From: Octopus bimaculoides
Taxonomy: Eukaryota
DNA: 64,000 nt
Assembly: GCF_001194135.2 (NCBI RefSeq)
Contig: NC_068988.1
Location: forward strand, 92,134,341 to 92,198,340
Direction: 5' to 3'
Position numbers and translations under genes: made by a program. Below are positions 27,574 through 39,426 of this stretch, piece after piece (within the stretch, counting starts at the first letter, position 1; every line of letters begins with the position of its first letter). The notes below the pieces were generated by a model. The model made no database searches. It was not told the origin of the DNA and was given only the letters and a program-made list of their open reading frames with translations.

Positions 27574-27606
27574 AAACATAAATTGAAAACAGAACACAAA
27601 GGATAT

Positions 27607-27705
27607 CGGGGTACACGTGTTTCAAGCTTTATAAACAATCCATCATTACATCAGTATAGATATATTGTTGATATAAAAGATGGTTTAAAGCTATCTTCAG
27701 CCGCA
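27607..27705 (-). ncRNA. Type I hammerhead ribozyme-like motif (Penelope-like pLTR relic)
   Basis: Minus strand reads TGCGG-CTGAAGA-T-AGCTTTA...TAAAGCT-T-GAA-ACACGTGT-A-CCCCG: both core boxes, long stem II, palindromic stem III and a GUA site. Confidence 0.65.
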
Positions 27706-28299
27706 AACATTGCTAGTCCAAAGATTACATCACAGAAGGAAAAGAAAAGGAAAAAGTACACTTAGTATTACCCATTATAATGTGTTTATCACATACCTTT
27801 AAAAAGGTATATCTGCGTAAATGTTCGTTGGATTTCAAAAATCTGCCCATACTGTTCTGCAATTCAGCATAGAGTGAATGTTAAATAGATTGGATTGAGT
27901 TTATATTTAACTAGTGTATATAAGATAGAAAGAGAAGATCAAAGGTAAAATTAAAGTAAAAAATAAATAAAATATAAAAGTAATAGAAGTTAAACGGGAG
28001 AGTAATAAAAGTAAAAATAAGGATAATAAAGTTAGATACATATATAAATATGATTTAGCAAAAAGTAACAAAAGAAATATGAAATAAAAGCAGAAAGCAG
28101 AATAAGAGATAAAGAGATAAAATACTATAGAGTTGAGAACAGGATGTTGCCTTGGATGAGACTGTAGTGGTCTAACTTTGTAATTTGATATCATTATAAT
28201 GAGTGGTCAGTTTACCCAAACACACCACTAAAAATTCCTAGCTTTATAAACTTATCTATTACATGGGTACATACACTTATATATATAAGTATATATATA

Positions 28300-28452
28300 T
28301 ATATCATCATCATCATCATCGTTTAACGTCCGCTTTCCATGCTAGCATGGGTTGGACGACTTGACTGAGGACTGGTGAAACCGGATGGCAACACCAGGCT
28401 CCAATCTAAATTTGGCAGAGTTTCTACAGCTGGATGCCCTTCCTAATGCCAA
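28300..28452 (-). mobile_element. Young RTE-tail insertion
   Basis: Near-identical to 22636-22802. Confidence 0.85.
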
Positions 28453-28585
28453 CAGAGAGAGAGAGAGAGTAAGTAACAGTTTGGGCAGTTACAGGGATGT
28501 AAACACATCAGTACCGGTTATCAAGTGGTGGTGGAGAATAAACATAGACATGCACATGTGTATATATATATATATAGACAGATGC

Positions 28586-28751
28586 AGGAGTGGTTGTGTG
28601 GGAAGTAGCTTGCTTACCGACCACATGGTTCCAGTTTCAGTCCCACTGCGTGGCATCTTGGGCAAGTGTCTTCTACTATAGCCTCGGGCTGACCAAAGCC
28701 TTGTGAATGGATTTGGTAGACTGAAACTGAAAGAAGCCCGTCGTATATATG

Positions 28752-28794
<43 letters not shown>

Positions 28795-28994
28795 TTGTGT
28801 GTCTGTGTTTGTCCCCCCAACATCGCTTGACAACCGATGCTGGTGTGTTTACATCCCCGTAACTTAGCGGTTCAGCATAAGAGACCGATAGAATAAGTAC
28901 TAGGCTTACAAAGAATAAGTCCTGGGGTCGATTTGCTCGACTAAAAGCGGTGCTCCAGCATGGTCGCAATCAAATGACTGAAACAAGTAAAAGA
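28586..28994 (+). mobile_element. SINE family A, full-length young copy
   Basis: CpG-rich head, CORE, internal (TA/TG)n and Nin-like tail ending caaatgactgaaacaagtaaaagag. Confidence 0.9.
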
Positions 28995-29255
28995 GTATAT
29001 ATAGCAATTCCTTGCCATATTGCAGTTCACCTATTGTGGTTTATTATTTAAACTTACGTCGATTCCTTTGTGGTGTTGTTTTGCATTTATGATAAAATAA
29101 GTGTATGCAAATTATAAAAATAATTTTTTAAAAAATAGACCGTACGGTACTGTTTCTACTTTGCTGACTTTCACCTATCACAAGGGGTTCTGAAACGTAA
29201 CACTCACGATAGTTGAAGGATTACTGTATATATATTTATATATATGTGTATATAT

Positions 29256-29414
29256 GATGGGCTTCTTTCAGTTTCCATCTACCAAATTTCCTCACAAGGC
29301 ATTGGTTGGCTCAAGGCTGTAGTAGAACACATTTGCCCAAGGTATCACACAGTGGGATTGAACCCAGAACCATGTGGTTGGGAAACAAACGTCTTACCAA
29401 ACAGCCACTTCTGT
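29256..29414 (-). mobile_element. SINE family A head
   Basis: Same head, inverted relative to 28586. Confidence 0.8.
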
Positions 29415-29520
29415 GCAAATTTTTTCTTTTTTTTTTTTTTGGTAGAGAGTAGCATTGGATAGAATTTTTAGTCAGGGTTTGGCTATATGGCACAGTTGTA
29501 GTTGCATAGAAAGAAGTTTA

Positions 29521-29726
29521 GCACGCCGGTCGAAATGATTAGCAATATTTCGTCTGCCGTGACGTTCTGAGTTCAAATTCCGCCAAGGTCAACTTTGCCT
29601 TTCATCCTTTCGGGGTCGATAAATTAAGTACCAGTTACGCACTGGGGTCGATGTAATCGACTTAATCCCTTTGTCTGTCCTTGTTTGTCCCCTCTGTGTT
29701 TAGCCCCTTGTGGGCAATAACGAAAT
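29521..29726 (+). mobile_element. Young family B (Nin-like) SINE nested in a family A head
   Basis: TSD AAGAAGTTTA at 29511-29520 and 29727-29736; the host head resumes at cctcccaaccacatgg. Confidence 0.85.
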
Positions 29727-31102
29727 AAGAAGTTTACCTCCCAACCACATGGTTTTGGGTTCAGTCCTACTGCATGGCACCTTGGGCAAGTTCTTATGAT
29801 ATAACTCCAGCCCAACCAAAGCCTTGTGAGTAGATTTTGGTAAATGCAAACTGAAAGAAGCCCATCATGTGTGTATGTATGTATGTATGTATGTTCTCTT
29901 TCTCTTTCTCATTTAGAGTAAATTTTGACCAGCCACCTACTTGATGGCAAGGTTTGAAGGAAAGCATCTTATTTTAACCATCATCCTTTAAATCATAAGT
30001 TTGCATGTATGTATGTATATGTGTGCGTGCATGTGTATGTGTGCGTGTGTGAGTGTGTGTGTCTGTGTGTGTTACTATCTTCTTGCCTTGACATTGTGTA
30101 ATAGTTGTAAATGAATGTCACCATTATGTAAACAGTGTCCTTCATTTCCAATCTTCCATGAAAACATGTCTCATCATGGGAAATATTACCTTCCTTAGAA
30201 AGGGGTGAGGATTGCCAACAGGAAGCACATCCAGACATAGAAAATCCACTTCAATAAATTCTATCTGGTCCACGCAAGCATAGAAAAGTGTAGGTTAAAA
30301 CGACGAATCTTGATGCCTGGAAAAAATTCCTAACCTTAACATCCATTTTATAACACTTTCTTTTAACCAAAGTAGCTAACAGTATTTAACAATAACAGCA
30401 GTATGAATATTAAAAAAAAAAAAAAAATTGCAGATCTAGCCAACCCTAAGCATAGAACATAGAAGAAAAAATATTTAAAAATCACAAATGTTTATCATCA
30501 TCAATAACAACATATTGCCATCAAGTTTGCTATGCTATTATTCTAAATAAAGAACAAGAGCTTTGTCAGAATGCAATAATGCTCCACTGCTGTGTTGGAA
30601 GTTAATACTTTAACGAACTCTAATTTCTGCTAATGCCTTTACTAGAAAATCACTCAACACAGAATCTCATTACACACTTACTAAAACTGGCGTTGGTATG
30701 TCAGATTGTTTTTAAGCAAACCTAATGTAATTAATAGAAATTCTTGAGGGCTGCATCATTGCTGCTAATTAGTGAAATTAATCGAGTCTAAATACAACCT
30801 GCTTTTAAAAGAAACTAAGACCTAAAACAACGAGTTAATAATAATAATGATGATGATGATGATGACGATGATGATAACCTTATTATTACTTATTTTGAGG
30901 CTGACTTTTGTTTTTGGTCTGGTATGTGTTTCAATAAACTTTCTATTTATCATATCCTGCTAACATATTGGTTTGATGTGCTGGAGGATATTCTGCCTAA
31001 CTGCATGCACACATGTGTCTTTATGTGCACACACACACACACACGCACACATGCACGTACACACACAAATATTATGTATATATGTACATGATTACATATA
31101 TT

Positions 31103-31143
<41 letters not shown>

Positions 31144-31183
31144 ATATATAAATTCACCCATCTATATACAAATGTTTGCTGGA

Positions 31184-31345
31184 ACAGCATGGCTGTGTGG
31201 TAAAGAAGCTTGCTTCCCAACCACATGGTTCCAGGTTCAGTCCCACTGCGTGACACCTTAGGCAAGTCTCTTCTACTATAGCCCTGGGCTGACCAAAGCC
31301 TTGTGAATGGATTTGGTAGACAGAAACTGAAAGAAGCCCATCGTA
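31184..31345 (+). mobile_element. SINE family A head
   Basis: gcatggctgtgtggtaaagaagcttgcttcccaaccacatggttccagg. Confidence 0.85.
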
Positions 31346-31363
31346 TATATATATATTTATATA

Positions 31364-32325
31364 CAGGGGTTGAACAAAATAATGGAAACTCCTTAAAATT
31401 TTAAACAAATTTATTTTAATATGGGGGTAGGACTACCTGTGGCAGCAATTACAGCTTGAATTCTATGAGGTATGGACTCGTACAAAGTTTGAATTGTTTC
31501 CAAAGGAATTTTTGTCCATTCTTCAGCTAAAACAGTCTCCAGTTCTTGTAGTGATGATGGTGGAAGATATCAACTCCTTACTTGTTTTTCTAAAATGCAC
31601 CATAAATGTTCAATAATATTGAGACCTGGGGACTGTGGTAGCCAGATAAGATGTTCAACTTCACTAGAATGTTCCTTGTGCCATTCAGTAACAACTTTAG
31701 CTGTGTGAATTGGTGCATTATCATCCTGAAAGATTGTTCCCCTCCAGAAACCGTTCCGTAACCATAGGATGAATTTGATCAGATAAAATGCTTAAATAGT
31801 CTTGACTATTAATTCTGCCATGAAGGGAAACCATTGGGCCAGTGGATTTCCAAGATATAGCCCCCNNNNNNNNNNNNNNNNNNNNNNNNNNNNNNNNNNN
31901 NNNNNNNNNNNNNNNNNNNNNNNNNNNNNNNNNNNNNNNNNNNNNNNNNNNNNNNNGACTCATCTGAGAAAATAACATTCTTCCACTGCTCTAGGGACTA
32001 ATTCTGTAGGTTTTTACTCCACTCTAAATGTTTTGCAACGTTTGTCTTTGAAAGTAGTAGTTTTCTGATTGCAGCCCTCCCATGAAATCCAACTTTGTGC
32101 TGCTCCCAGCAAAGTTTTTGTGGAAACTAGGTTCTTGAGGTGGTCATTAAGCTCTGCAGTAATTTTGGGAGCTGTACTTTTGTGATCCTTTCTTACACTT
32201 TGCGTAAGAGTCCGACAGTCCCTGTCTGAAAGTTTTGGTTTTCTTCCAGAGTTTTGTTTTGACGTGGAAGTTTTTTTCCTCTTTCCAAAGGTTGTCATTA
32301 ATTTCACTTGCCTCTATAGGTCTTT
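31364..32325 (-). mobile_element. Tc1-like transposon, one end plus transposase pseudogene
   Basis: TA|CAGGGGTTGAACAAAATAATGGAAAC terminus; GAISWKSTGPMVSLHGRINSQDYLSIL and SGRKPKLSDRDCRTL...TAPKITAELN. The other end is lost at the RTE junction. Confidence 0.85.
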
Positions 32326-32369
32326 ACAAGAAAAGTTTATTGTCCTATGAATGAGGGGTATTCATAAGT

Positions 32370-33850
32370 GGGCTGGTTACACCCACTGACATAGGCCATG
32401 CATAGGCCATGGGCTATGGTCTCACTTGGCTTGTCGGGTCTTCTCAAGCACAGCATATCTCCAAAGGTCTCAGTCATTAGTCATTGCCTCGGTGAGGCCT
32501 AATGTTCGAAGGTCGTGCTTCACCACCTCGTCTCAGGTCTTCCTGGGGCTACCTCTTCCACAGGTTCCCTCAACTGCTAGGGTATGACACTTTTTCACAC
32601 AGCTGTCCTCATTCAATTGCAACACATGACCATACCAGTGCAGTCGTCCCTCTTGCACATCACATCTGATGCTTCTTAAATCCAACTTTTCTCTCAGGGC
32701 ACTTACACTGTTGTGTATGCACACCTACATTACACATCCAGCGGGGCATACTGGCTTCATTCCTTGCAAGCTTACGCATGTCCTCAGCATGGCTGTTCGT
32801 ACACGTGTGTCATATAGTCTACCTTTTATTCTGAGCAAGGGGCCCTTTGTCACCAGCAGAGGTAGGAGCTCTCTGAACTTTGCCCAGGCTATTCTTATTC
32901 TAGCAGCTACATTTTCAGAGCATCCACCCCTGCTACTGACTTGGTCCCCTAGGTAAGGTATCAACTACTTCTTGTTTTTCTCCCTGGAATGTGACAGAAG
33001 CTGTTCTATGTACATTTTCAGTGTTTATAGCACCTGAGCATTTATCACATACAAAAACTATCTTCTCAGTTAGCCTTCCTTTGATATTGCTGCACCTCCT
33101 ATGTGTCCATAGCTTACACTGGGTACATCTTATGGAGTTTCTACCTATGCCTTTTCTACAGATCGAGCAGGGCCATCTACCTGAAGGGATTTGTGGTTTG
33201 TCTGCCTTTCTACTTATTAAGACTTTGGTTTTAGCTAAGTTGACTCTAAGGCCCTTCGATTCTAATCCTTGCTTCCACACCTGAAACTTTTCCTTTAGTT
33301 CTGATTGTGACTCAGCAATTAGAGCAAGGTCATCAGCATAGAGGAGCTCCCAGGGGCATCCTGTCTTGAATTTCTCTGTTATTGCCTTGAGGACTATGAT
33401 GAATAAGAGGGAATGGAGGACTGATCCTTGGTGAACCTCTACCCCTACCTGGAATTCTTCACTGTACTCATTGCCAACCCTCACCTTACTGACAGCATCC
33501 CTGTACATGGCTTGCACAGCTCTCACTAACTATTCATCTACCCCTACTTTCCTCATTGACCATCAGATAAGTCGGGGGACCCTGTCAAAGGCTTTCTCTA
33601 TGTCAACGAAAGCCAGGTAAAGAGGTTTATCTTTGGCTAGGTATTTCTCCTGCAGCTGTCTTACCAGAAATATAGCATCAGTAGTGCTTTTTCCTTGGCA
33701 CAAACCAAAACTGCATCTCATCTAGACTGACCCTCTCCCTCATTAGTTGGGCTATGACCCTCTCTGTTACTTTCATTACCTGATCCAACAATTTGATACC
33801 TCTGTAATTATTTGTATCTAAAGCGTCACCTTTACCTTTGTAGCAGTTTG
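32370..33850 (-). mobile_element. RTE-clade LINE RT region
   Basis: NYRGIKLLDQVMKVTERV, LLYADDLAL, GRLHWYGHV; same family as 25979-27532. Confidence 0.92.
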
Positions 33851-34305
33851 GGACTATAGTAGAAGGCATTTGCTCAAAGTAACATGCAGTGGGACTGAGC
33901 CTGAAACCATGCAGTTAAAAAACAAACTTTTTAATCACATGACCAATACATATATATTTTTATGTGGTGGCACCACATAAAAAGCACCCAGCTCACTCTG
34001 TAAAGTGGTTGGAATTAGGAAGAGCATCCAGCCATAGAAACCAAGCCAAATCAAACTTAAACCTGGTGTAGCTCTCCTACTTACCAGCTCTGGTCAAACC
34101 GTCCAGCCCTTTCCAGCATGGAAAATGGGCATTAAATGATGATGGTGAGGATGTATAATATATATGTATATACACATATATATATATATATTGTGAGTCA
34201 TCAGTGTTGCTTAGTGCAATAGTAGATACAAAATGAATGGCAACATTCTGACTGGTTATATGCCGTAACCAGGAATATAGTTCATGACAATATAAAAGTA
34301 ATATA

Positions 34306-34362
<57 letters not shown>

Positions 34363-34554
34363 TTTTATTCTTTTATTTGTTTCGCTTTAAAGAGTTTTAG
34401 TGAAAGAAATTGACTCCAGGACTTATTCTTTGTAAGCCTAGTACTTATTCTATTGGTCTCTTTTGCCAAGTCGCTAACTTACAGGGATATAAACACACCA
34501 ACATCGGTTATCAAGTGATGGTGGTGGGGGACAAACACAAAATCACACACACAA

Positions 34555-34589
<35 letters not shown>

Positions 34590-36319
34590 NNNNNNNNNNN
34601 NNNNNNNNNNNNNNNNNNNNNNNNNNNNNNNNNNNNNNNNNNNNNNNNNNNNNNNNNNNNNNNNNNNNNNNNNNNNNNNNNNNNNNNNNNNNNNNNNNNN
34701 NNNNNNNNNNNNNNNNNNNNNNNNNNNNNNNNNNNNNNNNNNNNNNNNNNNNNNNNNNNNNNNNNNNNNNNNNNNNNNNNNNNNNNNNNNNNNNNNNNNN
34801 NNNNNNNNNNNNNNNNNNNNNNNNNNNNNNNNNNNNNNNNNNNNNNNNNNNNNNNTATATATATATATATATATATGAGACCACTAGGTGGACGGTTAAT
34901 GTACTAGAAGAAGATCACATGTAATTGTTCTCAAAGAAAAATTTAGCGAAACAACAATATATATATATATATATTTATATATACACACTTCTTACCATAC
35001 AACCACACCTGCATCTATGGCCATATATATATATGGTTGATTAAAAAGCAGAGATTCATATTTCATTATTTTAGATTTACTGATGAGTAGAGTCGGCTGT
35101 AAAGTTGGTTGCACAAAACCTTTGTGTATATTGTAATAATCATGTAGTAACATTCAGTTATCTGTCTGTTTCTATGTATGTGTGCATGCATGTTTGTCTC
35201 TCTCTGTATACATGTATGTATGTTGATAGGTGTAGAGTTATGTTTGTGATCATGATAAAACAGATGTTAAATGAATGAAGAAATGATATACATATGTGTG
35301 TGTTTATGTTTGAATATATATACATATATGTATGATATATGCATAGCATTTTTATCATACATAAATGTATTACTGTATGTATATAAGTATCTGTGTACAT
35401 GTATGAACTTTGTGTGTGTGTGTGTATGTCCCATCAAAATCTGAATAAGTCAAAATGACACCTAAAATATTGACTACAATATTTCTTTCACATTAAGAAA
35501 TATTGCTGTTCAGAAAAAAATTGCAAATGTTTCAATTTGAAAGGGATTCGATGTGTCAATGTCATCAATATGAATCATATCTCATTCTCTTACCGTTTTA
35601 TTTTATCATTGAGCCTTCTGCAATGGGGAGAAGCTTTCAACTTTTTGGTGGGGAAGATGAGATGGAGTCAGTGTCCAGTGAGAGTCTGACCATCTTCAGA
35701 GAGAAATAGAGCAATAAGATAGTGCAATGAGGATCAAATATCATATTATATGTGACAGCTGCCTGTCAAATGATTTGATCCTCAATCAGTGAATGACCTG
35801 TTCTAAAGCTGGTTAGTTCAGAAGGTTCTGCAGTTTAGGAATATTCCATTAAGTCTTTGAGTGAAAACTGAGAAAGATTGTAACTGTACTGACAGTGATA
35901 ATGTTCCACTTCTAAGGAAATATGAAATATATTTGTACATATATATGTGTATATATATATATGCATAAGTTTATATGTACATATGTATGCATATGTATAT
36001 GTGTTTGTGCATATTTGTAATAATAAAGATGTATGAACATGTAACTTGTAAATACACATAAATAAGAATGTAATTTGCTGTTCCTTTATTGGCAGAATCA
36101 AAAAAAAAAAAGTACTCTGTCCAGTGAGGAAGAAATATCATTTAATACACATAGCATTTGAATTCAAGTTGCTATTCATTTCATGCTTGTTAGATTATAG
36201 TGTTTTCACAGTATGAAACTAATGGCAACTCAGTTTTAAATACTGTGTATATTAAATATATAACAATGTTTATATGTGTTGTGTAATAGAGCAAGCAAAA
36301 TAACAAGACAAGTTCATAT

Positions 36320-36682
36320 ATTCTTTTACTTTTTAATTTGTCATTTAACTATGACCATGCTGGCGCTCCACCTTTAGTCAGACAAATCGCCCCCAGGACT
36401 AATACTTTGTAAGCCTAGTACTTATTCTATTGGTCTCTTTTGCTGAACCGCTAAGTTACAGGAACGTAAGCATGCCAACATTGGTTGTGAAGCGACGGCG
36501 GACACACACACACACACACACATATGTGATGGGCTTCTATCAGTTTCCATCTACCAAATCCACTCACAAGGCTTTGGTCGGCCTGAGGCTATAGTAGAAG
36601 ACACTTGCCCAAGGTGCCACACAGTGGGACTGAACCCAGAACCATGTGGTTGGTAAGCAAGCTACTTACCACACAGCCACTC
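36320..36682 (-). mobile_element. SINE family A, full length
   Basis: Head, (CA)n and Nin-like tail. Confidence 0.88.
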
Positions 36683-37002
36683 TTGTGCCTATAGCCACTC
36701 ATGCAACATGTTTCAGGTTCAGTTCCACTGCAAGCATCTTGCACATGTGTCTTTTACTAAAGCCCTGGGCTGATCAATGCCATGTAGGCATGAGGTGGGT
36801 GTTTCATTAATGCATATTTCAAGGGATGTAAACTTCACTAAGAAAAGTGATTAAAAAAAACAAAGCTTTTTCAAACGGGTTCTCTAGTTATATTTGTTCT
36901 GCCCTGAATTACAGACACTCCCTTGTCACTAATGCTGTCAGAAATGCTGAGAACCATCATGTGCAATATAAAATCAATAAAATATATACTTCACTTATTT
37001 AA

Positions 37003-37075
<73 letters not shown>

Positions 37076-37869
37076 AAATATGTCACTCATCATTGTCATC
37101 ATTTTTATGGCTTGAATAAAATCTCTTCAGCGCAGCATCTCATCCCTGGTGTTCCTTTATCATCTATGAGATATTCAAGATTCTGAGATCAACTTTCACC
37201 AGTTCTACAAATGATTTCCTTGGTCTTCTTCTTTCACAAGTTACTTCCACACTGACCTCCTAGAAATTCTTTACTCTGCAGCTATCATTCCTAAACATTA
37301 CATAATAAAGCATTTGTTTCCCTTAAATATTACATCTAATTCCTGTTATATCCAACTCATTTGTTGTGGAGGTATCTGGCTTAGTTGTTAGAGTGTTGGA
37401 CCCATGATTGTAAGATGGTAGTTTCAATTCCTGGACTGGGCAACAAGTTGTATTCTTGAGCAAAGCACTTCATTTCACATTGCTCCAGTCCACTCAGCTG
37501 GTAAAAACGAGTAATCTTTCAATGGACCGGTGTCCTGTCCAGGTGAGGGAATATATACACCATGAGACCAGGAAACTGGTCCTTACGAGTTGGTATGTCC
37601 TGAGAAGGTAACTTTACGTTAACCAACTCGTCTGTACCTTTCTTTTAGCCCACCCAATATCCCTTTGTTCATTACACTCTGACATCACACATCCACCAGG
37701 GCATGCTTGCTTCATTTCTCTCCCAACCATTGTACATCTACATTCAGTTCCTACATCTAACTACCATGGACTATCACGCTTCATATTTATGTATCATACG
37801 ATCTACCCCTTGCTTCCACTAGAAGTGGCAGTTCTTGTGACTTCCTCCACTCTTTTCTTATTCTGGTGG

Positions 37870-38110
37870 CTCTGCTTTCAGAACATCTACCTTCACTCCT
37901 GCTTAAGTCACCTAGATAATAGAAGCTATAAACTACTTCTGTGGAACCTTCCAAGCTCTGAAAAGTATTTATTTCACTGGTATTCTAACTGTTAACTATT
38001 CCTGTACATCTACTACATAAATTCTGCCTGCCTGTGATCCCAAAACTTCATGTGCACCCATAGATTACATTGAATACATCATACAGAATTCCTACTTACC
38101 TCTTTTCTGC
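37870..38110 (-). mobile_element. Old RTE fragment
   Basis: RNSV*CIQCNLWVH and ttatagcttctattatctaggtgac (SFYYLGD) remnants. Confidence 0.55.
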
Positions 38111-38184
38111 ATTTTAAGCATGGCTGCTTCCCTTATGGATGTGTAGTATATATATATGTGTGTGTAGATGTGTGTGTGTGTGTG

Positions 38185-38348
38185 TGCATATATCATCATC
38201 ATCATCATCATCGTTTAACGTCCGCTTTCCATGCTAGCATGGGTTGGACGATTTGACTGAGGACTGGTGCAACCGGATGGCAACACCAGGCTCCAATCTA
38301 ATTTGGCAGAGTTTCTACAGCTGGATGCCCTTCCTAACACCAACCACT
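38185..38348 (-). mobile_element. Young RTE-tail insertion
   Basis: Near-identical to 22636-22802. Confidence 0.85.
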
Positions 38349-38534
38349 CTGTTCTACCCATACTCACATTGAGAAAGATATCAAATAGAAGGAAATAACT
38401 AACAAAAGACATAACAATGTATTGTTGAAAGTTATTCACAACAGAGTAGCAAAGATAGTATTAAACATATGTTAAAAATTGTAGCAAAATGAAGTATTAG
38501 AATTTACGTCATTTAAATGCTAAAGGGACTTCTG

Positions 38535-38609
<75 letters not shown>

Positions 38610-39320
38610 CTCTTTTTGTCTTCCTTTCTTTGAATACAGTCTGATCTTTAGTAACCTTCTACTGCATGTTTCATTCCCATGAGAGCTCAATGAAAATTTA
38701 GAAACAATTATAAATATCTCAAGATTGTGGCATAAGCCTCTAGTTAGGGGAAAAAAATGGAAAAAAAATGCGATATATCATATTAATTAAAATATGTGCA
38801 TAGTGCTTCAAAAAGTACTCCAGTGACATTATATCATTCTGATGCAAACACTTCCTCAGGCAGACCAACCAATCGGGTACATTTGTCTCATGGCTGAAAA
38901 ACAAGGCAATTGGTTACATGGCGTTAAATTCAAAATTAGCCAAACTGGAAAAAACAATGAAACAAAATGGTTTTGTATCCAACAGACTAAAAAGCATCTA
39001 CAAGGCTAGTGAGCAGCTTTGTAGTGTGCTCAACATAGGAAAAAGTTTATAGGGCTCTCTGTCTGTTTGTCTGTACACACATACACACACACATTACAGT
39101 CTATGGATTTATGTAATCGAGTGGTAGTCACAAAAAAGCTCCTTTAGTGAACCAGGCTTCAAACCACATAGTAACCCAATATGTAGGAGTGTAATATAGA
39201 GTCCTTTACAGTTGAAATCCAGTAAATCCATGATATTGGTTGCAAAACAGGCGTCATCTTATGGGGACTGCTGAAATATATATATTCATCTCATACCTCC
39301 TAATTTTCTTTATCTTCTCT

Positions 39321-39373
<53 letters not shown>

Positions 39374-39426
39374 CCCTCTCTCCCCCCTCTCTCTCTCTCT
39401 CTCTTTATATATATATATATATAAAT

